DNA from: Actinomycetota bacterium
GTDB taxonomy: Bacteria; Actinomycetota; AC-67
DNA: 64,000 nucleotides
Reading direction: 5' to 3'
NCBI GenBank assembly: GCA_036397635.1
Contig: DASWIP010000031.1
Span: forward strand, 6,536-70,535
Below the pieces are notes generated by a model. It was not told where the DNA came from. It was given only the letters and a program-made list of their open reading frames with translations, and did no database searches. A program made the position numbers and the translations under genes. Shown one piece after another: positions 35,218 through 44,885 of this stretch; position 1 is the first letter of the stretch; each line of letters opens with the position of its first letter.

Positions 35218-36816
35218 ATGAATGACCGACTGGATCGAGTCTTCAAGCATCCCATATTCAACCACCCGCAGACGCTCCGGGTCCTGACGATCGCCATCTC
35301 CGTCACCCTCGTCAGCGGCGTGGCGATGATCGGTCCCGTCGGCGGTCGCGGCGATGATCCCCGCGACAACGAAGGGGCGTTCGTCGTCGACGACGACGTT
35401 ATCCCGGGGACGACGGCCAGCCTGTCGCCCGGCGCGACCCCATCGCTGAGCGGATCCGGGACGCCGGTTACACCGGGGCAAGGATCGACACCCGGCTTCA
35501 TCATCCCAGGTGGCGGGAAGCCATCGATCCCGCCCTCGAAGATCCCGAGCTTCGGACTTCGCACCCAAGGCATCACCGCCGACGCGGTGAAGATCGGCAT
35601 CTCGTACAACGTCGCTTCGTGCGGCGACGCGGCGGTGCTCGAAGCGATGCTGGGGCCCACGACGGCGGGTGATCTGGAGAAGTCGATCAACACGTTCGCG
35701 CGCCACATCAACGACACGGGCGGGCTCGGCGGGAAGAAGTACCAGCCGATCATCGTGGACGATGGCGGTGCCGGCTGCCCGGCGAAGAACATCTCGGCAG
35801 CGATCAAGATGGCAGAAGAGGAAAAGGTCTTCATGGCCATCCCGGGGCTGCACGTCGAATCCGACTACATCATGAAGCACTACAAGATCCCCGTGTTCGG
35901 GGGCCGCGAGGATCCCGACTCGCTCGGCCGGTACGGCCCCAACGGCCTGCAGATCCTCGAACCTCTCGAGCCGACATTCGAGGCGTGGGCGAGCTTCGGC
36001 CGGTACTACCTCAACGGACAGGATAAGAAGCCGTGCCTGATCCGGATCGAAAGCGGCGCGGCCGGCGACTTCGACACCGCGGAGCGGATCCTCAAGCAGA
36101 AGATGTCGAAGTACGGGCTGACGTTCGCCGACCGGATCTGGGTGTTCAAAGACGACGTTTCGACCGCGCAGCAACAGTCCAATTCGATCGCGGCTGCGGC
36201 CAAGGGCAAAGGTTGCGATCAGGTGTACTACCTCGCAGGCAACCCGATCGGCCTGATCTTCTTCACCGACGCTGCCACCCAGAACGGGTGGTTCCCGACC
36301 TGGACCTTCACCAGCATGGTGATCCTCACCGACGACGACGCGATCGGGAACCTGATGGATCCCGTGCAGTGGGAGAACGCCATCGGCCTTTCCTACCGCG
36401 TGCCGGCCGGGCAGCATCGCGATGAGGGGAATTGCAAGCGGATCTACGAGCGCTACAACGGCAACGACGGGCAGAGCGATTCCGCCGCGGTGAAGCTGGC
36501 GTGCGCGACGATCCTGCCCACCGCGGAGATGATGCGCCGTGCGATCCAACTCACCGGCACGCTGACCGCCGATACGCTGTTGCTCGGCGCCGACGCGATC
36601 GACAACGACTTCTTCTTCGACGCGACCGTCCCCCTCGACTGGCGGTACCCGAACATCAACGGTCCGTTCAAGACCCGCGGTTTCAGCCACTACACCGTTG
36701 TGGACTGGAGCTCGTCGCAGAAGCGCTACACGTTCCCGAAGTACCCCTGTTACTACAAGGTCTTCGAGGCCCAGAACGGCGGCTGCGAGAACCTCACGAA
36801 GTACTACAAGAAGTAG
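35218..36816 (+). CDS. ABC transporter substrate-binding protein (type-1 periplasmic binding fold, LivJ/amide-binding family), membrane-anchored
   Basis: GGGAGG SD, N-terminal TM anchor, Pro/Gly/Ser/Thr-rich linker, then a PBP1 domain. Confidence 0.8.
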   Translation: MNDRLDRVFKHPIFNHPQTLRVLTIAISVTLVSGVAMIGPVGGRGDDPRDNEGAFVVDDDVIPGTTASLSPGATPSLSGSGTPVTPGQGSTPGFIIPGGGKPSIPPSKIPSFGLRTQGITADAVKIGISYNVASCGDAAVLEAMLGPTTAGDLEKSINTFARHINDTGGLGGKKYQPIIVDDGGAGCPAKNISAAIKMAEEEKVFMAIPGLHVESDYIMKHYKIPVFGGREDPDSLGRYGPNGLQILEPLEPTFEAWASFGRYYLNGQDKKPCLIRIESGAAGDFDTAERILKQKMSKYGLTFADRIWVFKDDVSTAQQQSNSIAAAAKGKGCDQVYYLAGNPIGLIFFTDAATQNGWFPTWTFTSMVILTDDDAIGNLMDPVQWENAIGLSYRVPAGQHRDEGNCKRIYERYNGNDGQSDSAAVKLACATILPTAEMMRRAIQLTGTLTADTLLLGADAIDNDFFFDATVPLDWRYPNINGPFKTRGFSHYTVVDWSSSQKRYTFPKYPCYYKVFEAQNGGCENLTKYYKK

Positions 36817-36819
36817 CCG

Positions 36820-38082
36820 ATGAGCGAGCGTCTCGCCCTCGACGGAGGAACCCCGGTCCGCCGCCAGCCCCTGTCGATGGGCAAGGGTGTCGCGTTCCTC
36901 GGCGACGAGGAGCGGGCGGCGGTGATGGCGGTGCTGGAGAGCCGCAGCCTGTTCCGCTACTACGGGCCCGACCTGCAGGAGACCGTCGCCGGGTTCGAAC
37001 GAGACGCAGGGGCGTATCTGGGTGCCGCGCACGCCGTCGCGACGTCCAGCGGGACGGCGGCGCTTCGTGTCGCGCTTGCCGCGCTGGGGATCGGGTGCGG
37101 TGACGAGGTCATCGTCCCGGCGTTCACCTTCATCGCGACGGTCAATGCGGTCGTGCTCGCCGGTGCCGTCCCGGTTTTCGCCGAGGTCGACGAGACGCTG
37201 GGCCTCGACGCTGCGGCAGTCGAGGCGGGCGTGACCGAACGGACCGTGGCGGTCATCCCCGTCCATCTCGAGAACGTCGCCTGCGACATGGACCCCCTGC
37301 TGAAGATCGCCGAGCAGCGCTCACTCGCCGTCCTCGAAGACACGGCCCAGTCGATGGGCGCGACGTATCACGGGCGCGCGCTCGGCACGCTCGGCGACAT
37401 CGGCGCGTTCTCGCTCCAGCTCGAGAAGAACATCACCGCGGGCGAGGGCGGCCTCATCGTCACCGACGACGAGGCGCTGTGGATCCGGGCTGCTCGGTAT
37501 CAGGATCAGGGCGGTCAGTTCGTGACCGGCCACGGCGGCAGCCGCGGTGCGGAACTCGACGAGCCGTTCGTCGGGGAGAATCTTCGCATGACCGAGATCG
37601 CCGGCGCGATCGCCGGCGCGCAGCTCACGAAGCTTCCGTCGATCCTCGGTGCGATGCGCCGGAACAGAGCGGCCATCGAGGCTGCGGTCGGTGTGATCGA
37701 TGGGATGCAGGCGCGCCGCAGTCCCGATCCCGACGGCGACGGCGCGTCGAGCATCACGTGGTTCCTCCCCGACGCCGCGCTCGCCGCCCGGTTCGCCGAC
37801 GCCTTGCGTGCCGAGGGGATCCCATCGGCGCAGATCTACGATGGCCGGCCCGTGTATGCGACGCCATCCATCCTCGGCCGGCGGACCGCGAGCGGGAAGG
37901 GTGGTCCCTGGAACTGCGCCGAGCATCCCACCGACGTCGTGTACCGGCTCGGGATGTGCCCGCGAACCGAGGCCCTCGTCGCGCGCTCGGCATCCGTCGG
38001 GATCGGCGCGCGCTGGAACGAAGACGATGCTCGTGACGTCGCGGCGGCGGTGCAGAAGGTCGCGTCGGTGCTCCTCGGATGA
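36820..38082 (+). CDS. DegT/DnrJ/EryC1/StrS-family PLP-dependent aminotransferase
   Basis: AHAVATSSGTAALRVALAALGIGCGDEVIVPAFTFIATVNAV and the family-typical length and pattern through the gene. Confidence 0.9.
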   Translation: MSERLALDGGTPVRRQPLSMGKGVAFLGDEERAAVMAVLESRSLFRYYGPDLQETVAGFERDAGAYLGAAHAVATSSGTAALRVALAALGIGCGDEVIVPAFTFIATVNAVVLAGAVPVFAEVDETLGLDAAAVEAGVTERTVAVIPVHLENVACDMDPLLKIAEQRSLAVLEDTAQSMGATYHGRALGTLGDIGAFSLQLEKNITAGEGGLIVTDDEALWIRAARYQDQGGQFVTGHGGSRGAELDEPFVGENLRMTEIAGAIAGAQLTKLPSILGAMRRNRAAIEAAVGVIDGMQARRSPDPDGDGASSITWFLPDAALAARFADALRAEGIPSAQIYDGRPVYATPSILGRRTASGKGGPWNCAEHPTDVVYRLGMCPRTEALVARSASVGIGARWNEDDARDVAAAVQKVASVLLG

Positions 38083-39053
38083 GCCTGCGCGTCGCCGTCA
38101 TCGGCTGCGGCGCCGCCGCCCGGCGGCTGCATCTCCCCGCGATGCGCGACGCCGGCGCCGACGTGGTGGCGTTCGCCAGCGGCTCGCGCGCGTCCGCGTC
38201 CGCGGCGGCGGCGGACTGGGGCGGCGGCATCGTTTACGACGACTGGCGTACGGCCATCGAAGCTGCCGGCGTCGATGCCGTCGATATCTGTACGCCGAAC
38301 CATCTGCACGCCGAGATCGCCATCGCGGCCGCGCGGGCCGGCAAGCACGTGCTCGTCGAGAAGCCGATCGCGCCGACGCTGGCAGAGGCCGACGCGATGA
38401 TCGACGCTGCGGCCGACGCGGGCGTGGTGCTGATGGTCGCGCACAGCGCGCGCTACGCGCCGCCGGTGCGCGCGATCCTCGCGGCGGTGCGCGCGGGCGC
38501 GATCGGAACGGTGCGATCCGCGCGCGCCGTTCTGCGCAACGAGGGCCCCGAGGTGTGGTCGCCGGACTCGACGTGGTTCACGGACCCGGCGCGCAGCGGG
38601 GGCGGAGCGCTGCTCGACCTGGGTGTGCACGTCGCAGATCTGCTGCGCGCGGTGTTCGAGCGCGATGCGCTCGAGGTGACCGCGATGTGCCGGCCGGAGG
38701 CGCCTGCAGAGCTCGAGGCGCATGCGGTCATCCGCTTCGAGGATGACGCCTTGGCGACGATGCAGGTTGGTTGGGATTCCGGTAGCGGACCCGACGTCGT
38801 GGTCGAGGTCGCCGGTGAGGCGGGCGTGATCCGGTTCGACGGCGCGCGCGCCCCCGTGGTGCGAACCGCCGATCGCGAGAAGGACGTACCGCCCCAGGAG
38901 CCCGATGATGCCGTCGCTGCGTTCGCGCGCGCCGTCGCCGGACGGGAAGCCCCCGCGGTCACCGGGGAAGACGGGCGCGCGGCGCTTTCCATCGTGATGG
39001 CTGCCTACTCGTCGGCGCGCACCTGCACGACGACGAAGGTCGACCGGAGGTAG
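38079..39053 (+). CDS. Gfo/Idh/MocA-family NAD(P)-dependent oxidoreductase
   Basis: LRVAVIGCGAAARRLHLPA Rossmann start and EKP motif VLVEKPIA. The ATG overlaps the aminotransferase stop (ATGA). Confidence 0.9.
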   Translation: MSLRVAVIGCGAAARRLHLPAMRDAGADVVAFASGSRASASAAAADWGGGIVYDDWRTAIEAAGVDAVDICTPNHLHAEIAIAAARAGKHVLVEKPIAPTLAEADAMIDAAADAGVVLMVAHSARYAPPVRAILAAVRAGAIGTVRSARAVLRNEGPEVWSPDSTWFTDPARSGGGALLDLGVHVADLLRAVFERDALEVTAMCRPEAPAELEAHAVIRFEDDALATMQVGWDSGSGPDVVVEVAGEAGVIRFDGARAPVVRTADREKDVPPQEPDDAVAAFARAVAGREAPAVTGEDGRAALSIVMAAYSSARTCTTTKVDRR

Positions 39054-39057
39054 GTCC

Positions 39058-41052
39058 GTGGACATCGTCGTGCTCGGACTCGTCATCGGGATGGCCAACG
39101 CGCTGCTCGCGGTGGGTCTGGTGCTCATCCACAAGGCTAACCGCGTGATCAACCTGGCCCACGGTGAACTGGGCGCCTTCACGGTCGCGATGATGCTGTC
39201 GCTGACCCGCGTCGCGCACCTCAACTACTGGCTGGCGCTGCTCTGCAGCCTCGCCGGAACGGTTTTGCTGACCGCGATGATCGAGCGCACGGTTCTTCGC
39301 CGGCTGTTCCGCAGCCCGCGATTGATCATGCTCATCGCCACGATCGGCGTCGCCCAACTGGTCATCGTGCTGCGGCTCGTGCTGCCGAAGCCGAGGACGG
39401 CGCTTGGTGATTCGATCCTCGCCGGCGGCGGATCGCAGTTCCCGGTGCCCTTCCAGATGGACCCGATCCCCTTCGGCCGGATCGTGCTCGGGCCGGCGCA
39501 CTTCATGGCGCTGGTCGCCGGACCCCTGCTCGCGATCGGGCTCCTGCTGTTCCTGAAGCGGTCCTCCTATGGGATCGCGCTTCGCGCTGCCGCCGAGAAC
39601 GCGCCGCGCGCGCAGCTGCTCGGTATCCCGGTCCGCCGGGTGTCGACCCTGGCCTGGGTACTGGCAGGCCTGCTCTCCGGCGTCGCAGCGGTGCTGCTCG
39701 CGCCGATCATCGGCTTCTCGGCGACCGAGGCGGTGGGGTTGCCGCTGCTGATGCGCGGCTTGGCCGCCGCGACCGTCGCGCGCATGGAGTCCGTCGGGAT
39801 CGCGTTCGTGGGCGGCCTCGCGCTCGGTGTCGCGGATCAGGTCGTGTTCTTCACCACGGGGCGGAGCGACCTGACGGATCTGGTTCTGTTCATCGTGATC
39901 CTGCTCGCGCTGCTGCCCAGGCGCGCGCTTCAGCGTCGCACGGTCGCGGCGGAGGAGTCGTCGTGGGACGTCGCCGACCCGGTACGGCCGTTGCCGATCG
40001 AGCTCGCCTCGCATCCGCGGTGGCGCGCGCTCAGCCGTACGGCGCTTGCCCTCGGCGTGCTTGCGATCGGCGCCGGGCCGTTCCTGCTGCAGCCGTCGGC
40101 GACGTTCTTCCTCTCGACCGTGTTCCTGGTCGGCGCGGTCGCCGTGTCGATGACGGTGCTGACCGGCTGGGCCGGGCAGATGTCGATCGGGCAATGGGCC
40201 CTGGCCGGTGCCGGCGGCGTGATCGGATCCAAGCTCGTCGGCACGATGGGATGGCCCTTCTGGCCGTCGCTCCTCGTCGCGGCGCTGCTTGGCATGGTGC
40301 TCGCCGTCGCGATCGGGTTGCCGGCGCTGCGGCTCGAGGGCACATCGCTCGCGGTCGTCACCCTCGGGTTCGCGGTCGTTTCTGCATCCTGGCTGTTCCA
40401 ACAAGATTGGTTCGGCGGCGACGGATTCATGCCCAAGCCCGACTATCTCTCGACGCGGTGGTACTACGCCGTCGCGATCGTGTTCCTGGCGCTGACGATG
40501 CTCGCCGCGCGCGCGCTGCAGCGAAGCAGGTTCGGGCGGAACACGGTCGCGGTTCGCGACAACCCGCGGCAGGCAGCATCGTTCGGCGTGGCGATCGTGC
40601 GCACCAAGCTCACGGCGTTCGCGGTATCGGGTGCGATCGCGGCGGCGGCCGGGTTCCTGTGGGCCGCGGGGATCGGGATCGCCGACGCGTCGGTCTTCCC
40701 GCCGGTCCGGTCGCTCTCCATCGTCGCCGCGGTCGTCATCGGCGGGCTCGGCTCGGTCCCCGGGGCGGTGCTCGGCGCGTTCTATCTGCAGGCGATCCCG
40801 TACTTCGGCGCGTCGATCTCGCCGTACATCGGGTTGCTCACGACCGGGTTCGGTCTGTTGATCCTCCTGATCTTCTTCCCCGGGGGGCTCGCCCGGCTGG
40901 TTCAGACGGGACGCGATCTGCTCGCTCGTGCCGTCACCGGGATCGATCCGCGACCACAGGGTCGCGTGGCCGATGAGGATGCGCTCAGCGCTGCCAGCGA
41001 AGGGCTGGTCCCCGATGGCGTCGCGCCCGAGCCGGTGGGGACGAGGGTGTGA
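39058..41052 (+). CDS. ABC transporter permease, fused LivH-like + LivM-like domains
   Basis: About 20 hydrophobic helices. The N-terminal half is LivH-like and the C-terminal half LivM-like. Confidence 0.85.
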   Translation: MDIVVLGLVIGMANALLAVGLVLIHKANRVINLAHGELGAFTVAMMLSLTRVAHLNYWLALLCSLAGTVLLTAMIERTVLRRLFRSPRLIMLIATIGVAQLVIVLRLVLPKPRTALGDSILAGGGSQFPVPFQMDPIPFGRIVLGPAHFMALVAGPLLAIGLLLFLKRSSYGIALRAAAENAPRAQLLGIPVRRVSTLAWVLAGLLSGVAAVLLAPIIGFSATEAVGLPLLMRGLAAATVARMESVGIAFVGGLALGVADQVVFFTTGRSDLTDLVLFIVILLALLPRRALQRRTVAAEESSWDVADPVRPLPIELASHPRWRALSRTALALGVLAIGAGPFLLQPSATFFLSTVFLVGAVAVSMTVLTGWAGQMSIGQWALAGAGGVIGSKLVGTMGWPFWPSLLVAALLGMVLAVAIGLPALRLEGTSLAVVTLGFAVVSASWLFQQDWFGGDGFMPKPDYLSTRWYYAVAIVFLALTMLAARALQRSRFGRNTVAVRDNPRQAASFGVAIVRTKLTAFAVSGAIAAAAGFLWAAGIGIADASVFPPVRSLSIVAAVVIGGLGSVPGAVLGAFYLQAIPYFGASISPYIGLLTTGFGLLILLIFFPGGLARLVQTGRDLLARAVTGIDPRPQGRVADEDALSAASEGLVPDGVAPEPVGTRV

Positions 41053-43091
41053 GCTTGCGGCCCCCGCTCTCGCCGCGGACGTGGATCCCGCGGCTGCGCG
41101 CGTATCTCAACGGCGAGGCGCTGTTCCCGATCCTGGTGCTGTTCGCGCTCAACGCGGTCGACGAGTTCGATAGCCGGACCTTCGATGTGCTGGGGCCCGA
41201 GATCGCCGAGGACTTCGGCGTCGGGGTCGGCGCCTTCGGATCGATCGCGGTGCTGGTGCTGCTGCTCGTGCCCCTGGTCGCGGTGCCGGTCTCGTACCTG
41301 GCCGACCGGTGGCGCCGGATGCCGCTGGCGATCGGCGGTGCGGCGGCGTGGGGCGCCTTCTCGCTGGCGACGGGCCTCGCGCCGATCCTGCCGCTGCTGA
41401 TCCTGTCCCGGGTGGGGTCGGGCTTCGGGAAGGTCGTCAACCAGCCGGTGCACGGGGCGCTCATCTCGGAGTTCTACTCGCCGCGCACGCGCGCGAAAGC
41501 GTTCGGGATCCACTCGCTGGCCAACATCGGCGGCGCGGCGGTCGCGGCCGTGCTCGGCGGCGTCATCGCGCAGGTGTTCGGCTGGCGGACCGCGTTCTTC
41601 GTGCTGACGATCCCGACGGTCGCGGCGATCCTGATCGCGTTGCGGCTGCGCGAGCCGCCCCGCGGCCGCTTCGAGGTCACCGAAACGCCGGCCGCGCCCC
41701 CGTTGCGCCAGACGATCCGCCGGCTGTGGGCCATCCGCTCGCTGCGTTACCAGTGGATCGGACTCGCCTACACGACCGGATCGACGCTGGGCATCGGCGT
41801 GCTCGTGCCGTTCTTCCTGGAGGAGGACTTCGGGGTTGAGCCGGGCTTGCGGGGCGTGCTGATCGGCGTCGGGACGGCGATCTCGGCTGTCGCCGTGCTC
41901 ATCGGCACGGCGGTCGCGCAGAATCGGATCAACGAGCGGCCCAGCGAAGGACTGCGGCTGCTGTGCTTCAGCGGCATCGCTGCCGGCGTGGCGCTGTTCG
42001 GGATGGCGGTCGCACCGTCGCTGGCGCTCATCGTGCTGTTCCTGTGGATCATCATGGCCATCTTCGCGTTCGTCGCACCAGGCCTGCTGTCGATCACGGC
42101 GATCGTGTCGCCCCCGGAGATCCGATCGTCGGCGTTCGCGCTCGGCGGGTTCATCGCCCTCGCGGGCTCGGGGTTCTCGCTGATCGGCTTCGCGATCGGC
42201 GACCAGGTGAGCATGCGGCTTGCGATCGGCATCATGGCCCCGGTGTTCCTGCGCGGTGTCGGCTACTTCTTCAAGGCCGCCGGGTATCTCGACGATGACG
42301 TCGAGAGACTCGATCCCGCGCATGCGCAGAAGGCGGGCGGCGAGAGCGGCCCTGTGCTGCTCGAGACCAAGGGGCTCATGGTGTCCTTCGACGGCGTCCG
42401 CGTCCTGTTCGGCGTGAACCTCGAGATCCGGCGAGGCGAGGTCGTCGCGCTGCTCGGCACGAACGGTGCCGGGAAGTCCACCACGCTGAACGCGATCAGC
42501 GGCATCGTCGAGCCGGAGGCCGGCAACGTGTGGTTCGAGGGTGAGGCGATCGTCGGCGAGTCGCCCGAGCAGACGGTCAAGAGGGGCATCGTGCAGGTGC
42601 CGGGCGGGCGCGGCGTCTTCCCCGGGCTGACGGTCGAGGAGAACCTGCGCATGGGCGCGTTCCTCATCCGGCGCGACCGCGCGCTGGTTCAGCGGCGCCT
42701 GGACGAGGTGTTCGGTCTGTTCCCCAGACTCGCGGAGCGGCGCGGGCAGCGCGCCGGGTCGCTGTCCGGCGGCGAGCGCCAGATGCTGACGCTCGCCCAG
42801 TCGTTCCTGCTGCGGCCGACGCTGCTGCTGATCGACGAGCTTTCCCTCGGCCTCGCCCCGACCGTGGTCGAGGAGCTGCTCGGCGCCGTGCGCACGATGA
42901 ACCAGGAGGGGACGACGATCGTCATCGTGGAGCAGTCGGTTAACATCGCGCTCAACCTGGCCGACCGCGCCTACTTCATGGAGAAGGGCGAGGTTCGGTT
43001 CTCGGGGCCGACCGCCGAGCTGCTGCAGCGGCAGGACCTGCTGCGCTCGGTCTTCCTCGAGGGAGCAGGCAGGTCGGTCGCGCGCACGTGA
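41049..43091 (+). CDS. Fusion protein: N-terminal MFS-transporter-like domain (~430 aa, ~12 TM) + C-terminal LivF-like ABC ATPase
   Basis: MFS motif A LADRWRRMP. C-terminal Walker A GTNGAGKST, signature LSGGERQ, Walker B LLLIDELSLG. The start overlaps the permease stop. Confidence 0.8.
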   Translation: MSLRPPLSPRTWIPRLRAYLNGEALFPILVLFALNAVDEFDSRTFDVLGPEIAEDFGVGVGAFGSIAVLVLLLVPLVAVPVSYLADRWRRMPLAIGGAAAWGAFSLATGLAPILPLLILSRVGSGFGKVVNQPVHGALISEFYSPRTRAKAFGIHSLANIGGAAVAAVLGGVIAQVFGWRTAFFVLTIPTVAAILIALRLREPPRGRFEVTETPAAPPLRQTIRRLWAIRSLRYQWIGLAYTTGSTLGIGVLVPFFLEEDFGVEPGLRGVLIGVGTAISAVAVLIGTAVAQNRINERPSEGLRLLCFSGIAAGVALFGMAVAPSLALIVLFLWIIMAIFAFVAPGLLSITAIVSPPEIRSSAFALGGFIALAGSGFSLIGFAIGDQVSMRLAIGIMAPVFLRGVGYFFKAAGYLDDDVERLDPAHAQKAGGESGPVLLETKGLMVSFDGVRVLFGVNLEIRRGEVVALLGTNGAGKSTTLNAISGIVEPEAGNVWFEGEAIVGESPEQTVKRGIVQVPGGRGVFPGLTVEENLRMGAFLIRRDRALVQRRLDEVFGLFPRLAERRGQRAGSLSGGERQMLTLAQSFLLRPTLLLIDELSLGLAPTVVEELLGAVRTMNQEGTTIVIVEQSVNIALNLADRAYFMEKGEVRFSGPTAELLQRQDLLRSVFLEGAGRSVART

Positions 43092-43840
43092 GCGCGCGCG
43101 CGAACGCGGGCGAGCTGATCGCCCGCGGCGACGCGGTGCTCCTCGACGTGGACGGGGTCATCTGCCTGGAAGACGAGCCGATCGCCGGCGCCGCGGAGGC
43201 CGTCGCGTCGCTTCGCTCGCGCGTGCCGCTGCTGGTTGCGGTGACCAACGATTCGCGGCGCACGCGCGTCCGGCAGCACGAGCGTCTCGCGCGCGTAGGC
43301 CTGACAGGCGCGCGGGTGGCGACGGCGATCGACGCGCTGGCCGCTGAGCTGCTCGCGCAACGGCACTGTGTCGTCGCGGCGTGCGGCACGCCGTCGTTGA
43401 CCGCTGATCTGAGACGTCTGGGCGTCGACGTCGACCCCACGCGCGCGACGGCGCTCGCGATCGGGGCTGCCGCGAACCCGTCCGCGGTCGCCGACGGACG
43501 CGCGATGCTCGCGCGCGGGCTGCCGGCGTTCGCCGCGAACGCCGACCTTTCGATCCCGACGCTGGAGGGGCGCGTGCCCGACACCGGCGCGGTGGTTGCT
43601 GCCTTGGGCTGTCTGCCAACCTTCTGCGGGAAGCCGAACGAGCCCATGAGCCGGATCGTGCATGCGCTGATCGGCGACGCCGCCCGCGTCGTGGTGATCG
43701 GCGACGGGATCGACACGGATCTCGCGTGGGCGCGCGCGGAAGGCTGGGCGTCGATCTACATCGGCGAGGGCGAGGGCGGGGACGTGGATGCCGACGCAGT
43801 CGTGCCTTCGATCGCGGCGCTTGCTACAGCAACGCCCTGA
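43088..43840 (+). CDS. HAD-superfamily hydrolase (subfamily IIA, NagD-like sugar-phosphatase type)
   Basis: Motif I LLDVDGVI and motif IV VVVIGDGIDTDL. Confidence 0.8.
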   Translation: MSARANAGELIARGDAVLLDVDGVICLEDEPIAGAAEAVASLRSRVPLLVAVTNDSRRTRVRQHERLARVGLTGARVATAIDALAAELLAQRHCVVAACGTPSLTADLRRLGVDVDPTRATALAIGAAANPSAVADGRAMLARGLPAFAANADLSIPTLEGRVPDTGAVVAALGCLPTFCGKPNEPMSRIVHALIGDAARVVVIGDGIDTDLAWARAEGWASIYIGEGEGGDVDADAVVPSIAALATATP

Positions 43841-44885
43841 GATCGTCGCTCGCGGAGGCGACCTCGCCCCCCCGGATGCATCCCGCCACTTTCAGCTCGG
43901 CGTCCCAGATCGCGAGGTCGGCGCGCGCGCCGGGCGCCAGCGTCCCGCGATCGGCGGCCTCAAGCAGCGCGGCCGGCGCGGCAGAGGCCATGCGCGCGGC
44001 CTCCTCGATGCCCAGCCCGTGCACGCGCGCGATCCGGCCGACGCCGTCGGCGAGGGTCGCGGCCGAGCCCGCGAGCACGCCGGCCGGCGGGCGACGATCG
44101 GGGGCGGCGTCGGGGTCGGGGGCGGCGTCGCTGACCAGGAAGACGCGCGGCCCCGCGACGCGCAGCGCCAGCGCGAGGATCGCGTCGTGCAGGTGCACCC
44201 CATCGGCGATCAGGGCGACGCGCCCGCGCTCGTCCAGCAGGTACGCGAGTGCGGCACCGGGCGCGCGCTGATGCACGGGCGTCATCGCGTTGAACAGGTG
44301 CGTCGCGACGTCGATGCCGTCCTCGATCGCCTCGATCGCCTGCTCGTAGGTGGCGCCGGTGTGCCCGGCCGCCACGACGATGCCTCGCGCGATCGCCGCG
44401 GCTGCGTAAGCGCGCGCGCCGGGCACCTCCGGTGCGAGGGTGATCATGCGCACGCCCGGCAGTTCGAGCAGCGCGCGCGTCTGCGGGTCGTCGCCGCGGC
44501 GCAGGTGCTCGGGCGGATGCGCGCCCGGGTGCTCGGGGGACAGGACGGGTCCTTCCAGGTGCAGGCCGAGGAGGCCGGTGTCCGAGCCGTCGCGGGCGGC
44601 GGCGACTGCAGCGGCGAGCGCCGCGACGCGCGCGGGCTCGGATGACGGCACCGCGCAGAGCCACGAGGTCACCCCCGCGGCGGCGAGGCGCGCGTCCAGA
44701 GCCGGCAGGCACGCGGGGTTCCCGAGCGGGAACAGCTCGCCCAGCCCGTTGACCTGCAGGTCGATGAGCCCCGGCGTGATCGACCATCCTTCGGGGAGGT
44801 CCACGACCGGCCCGGCCGGCGGCGCGCTTAGGACGGGCCCGTCGATGCAGACGAGCCGGTTGGCGGCGCGCAGGCTCAGGCGCAT
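43824..44885 (-). CDS. nagA: N-acetylglucosamine-6-phosphate deacetylase
   Basis: GLIDLQVNG, HLEGP, AAGHTGAT and HLFNAM motifs. The start was moved to the ATG at 44885 (MRLSLRAANRLVCIDG); the track's N-terminal extension to 45374 is unsupported. Confidence 0.85.
   Translation of the reverse strand: MRLSLRAANRLVCIDGPVLSAPPAGPVVDLPEGWSITPGLIDLQVNGLGELFPLGNPACLPALDARLAAAGVTSWLCAVPSSEPARVAALAAAVAAARDGSDTGLLGLHLEGPVLSPEHPGAHPPEHLRRGDDPQTRALLELPGVRMITLAPEVPGARAYAAAAIARGIVVAAGHTGATYEQAIEAIEDGIDVATHLFNAMTPVHQRAPGAALAYLLDERGRVALIADGVHLHDAILALALRVAGPRVFLVSDAAPDPDAAPDRRPPAGVLAGSAATLADGVGRIARVHGLGIEEAARMASAAPAALLEAADRGTLAPGARADLAIWDAELKVAGCIRGGEVASASDDLRALL

Noticed and set aside
32946-35840. 964 aa minus-strand ORF in the track
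   Set aside because: It is entirely antisense to the metallophosphoesterase/propeller gene and the start of the SBP gene. It shows Arg/Pro/Gly-rich low-complexity translation with no motifs. This is a typical high-GC antisense artefact.
38959-42323. Two long minus-strand ORFs (38959..40404, 40902..42323)
   Set aside because: Both are antisense to the ABC permease and the MFS-LivF genes, with Arg/Asp/Gly-rich low-complexity translations.
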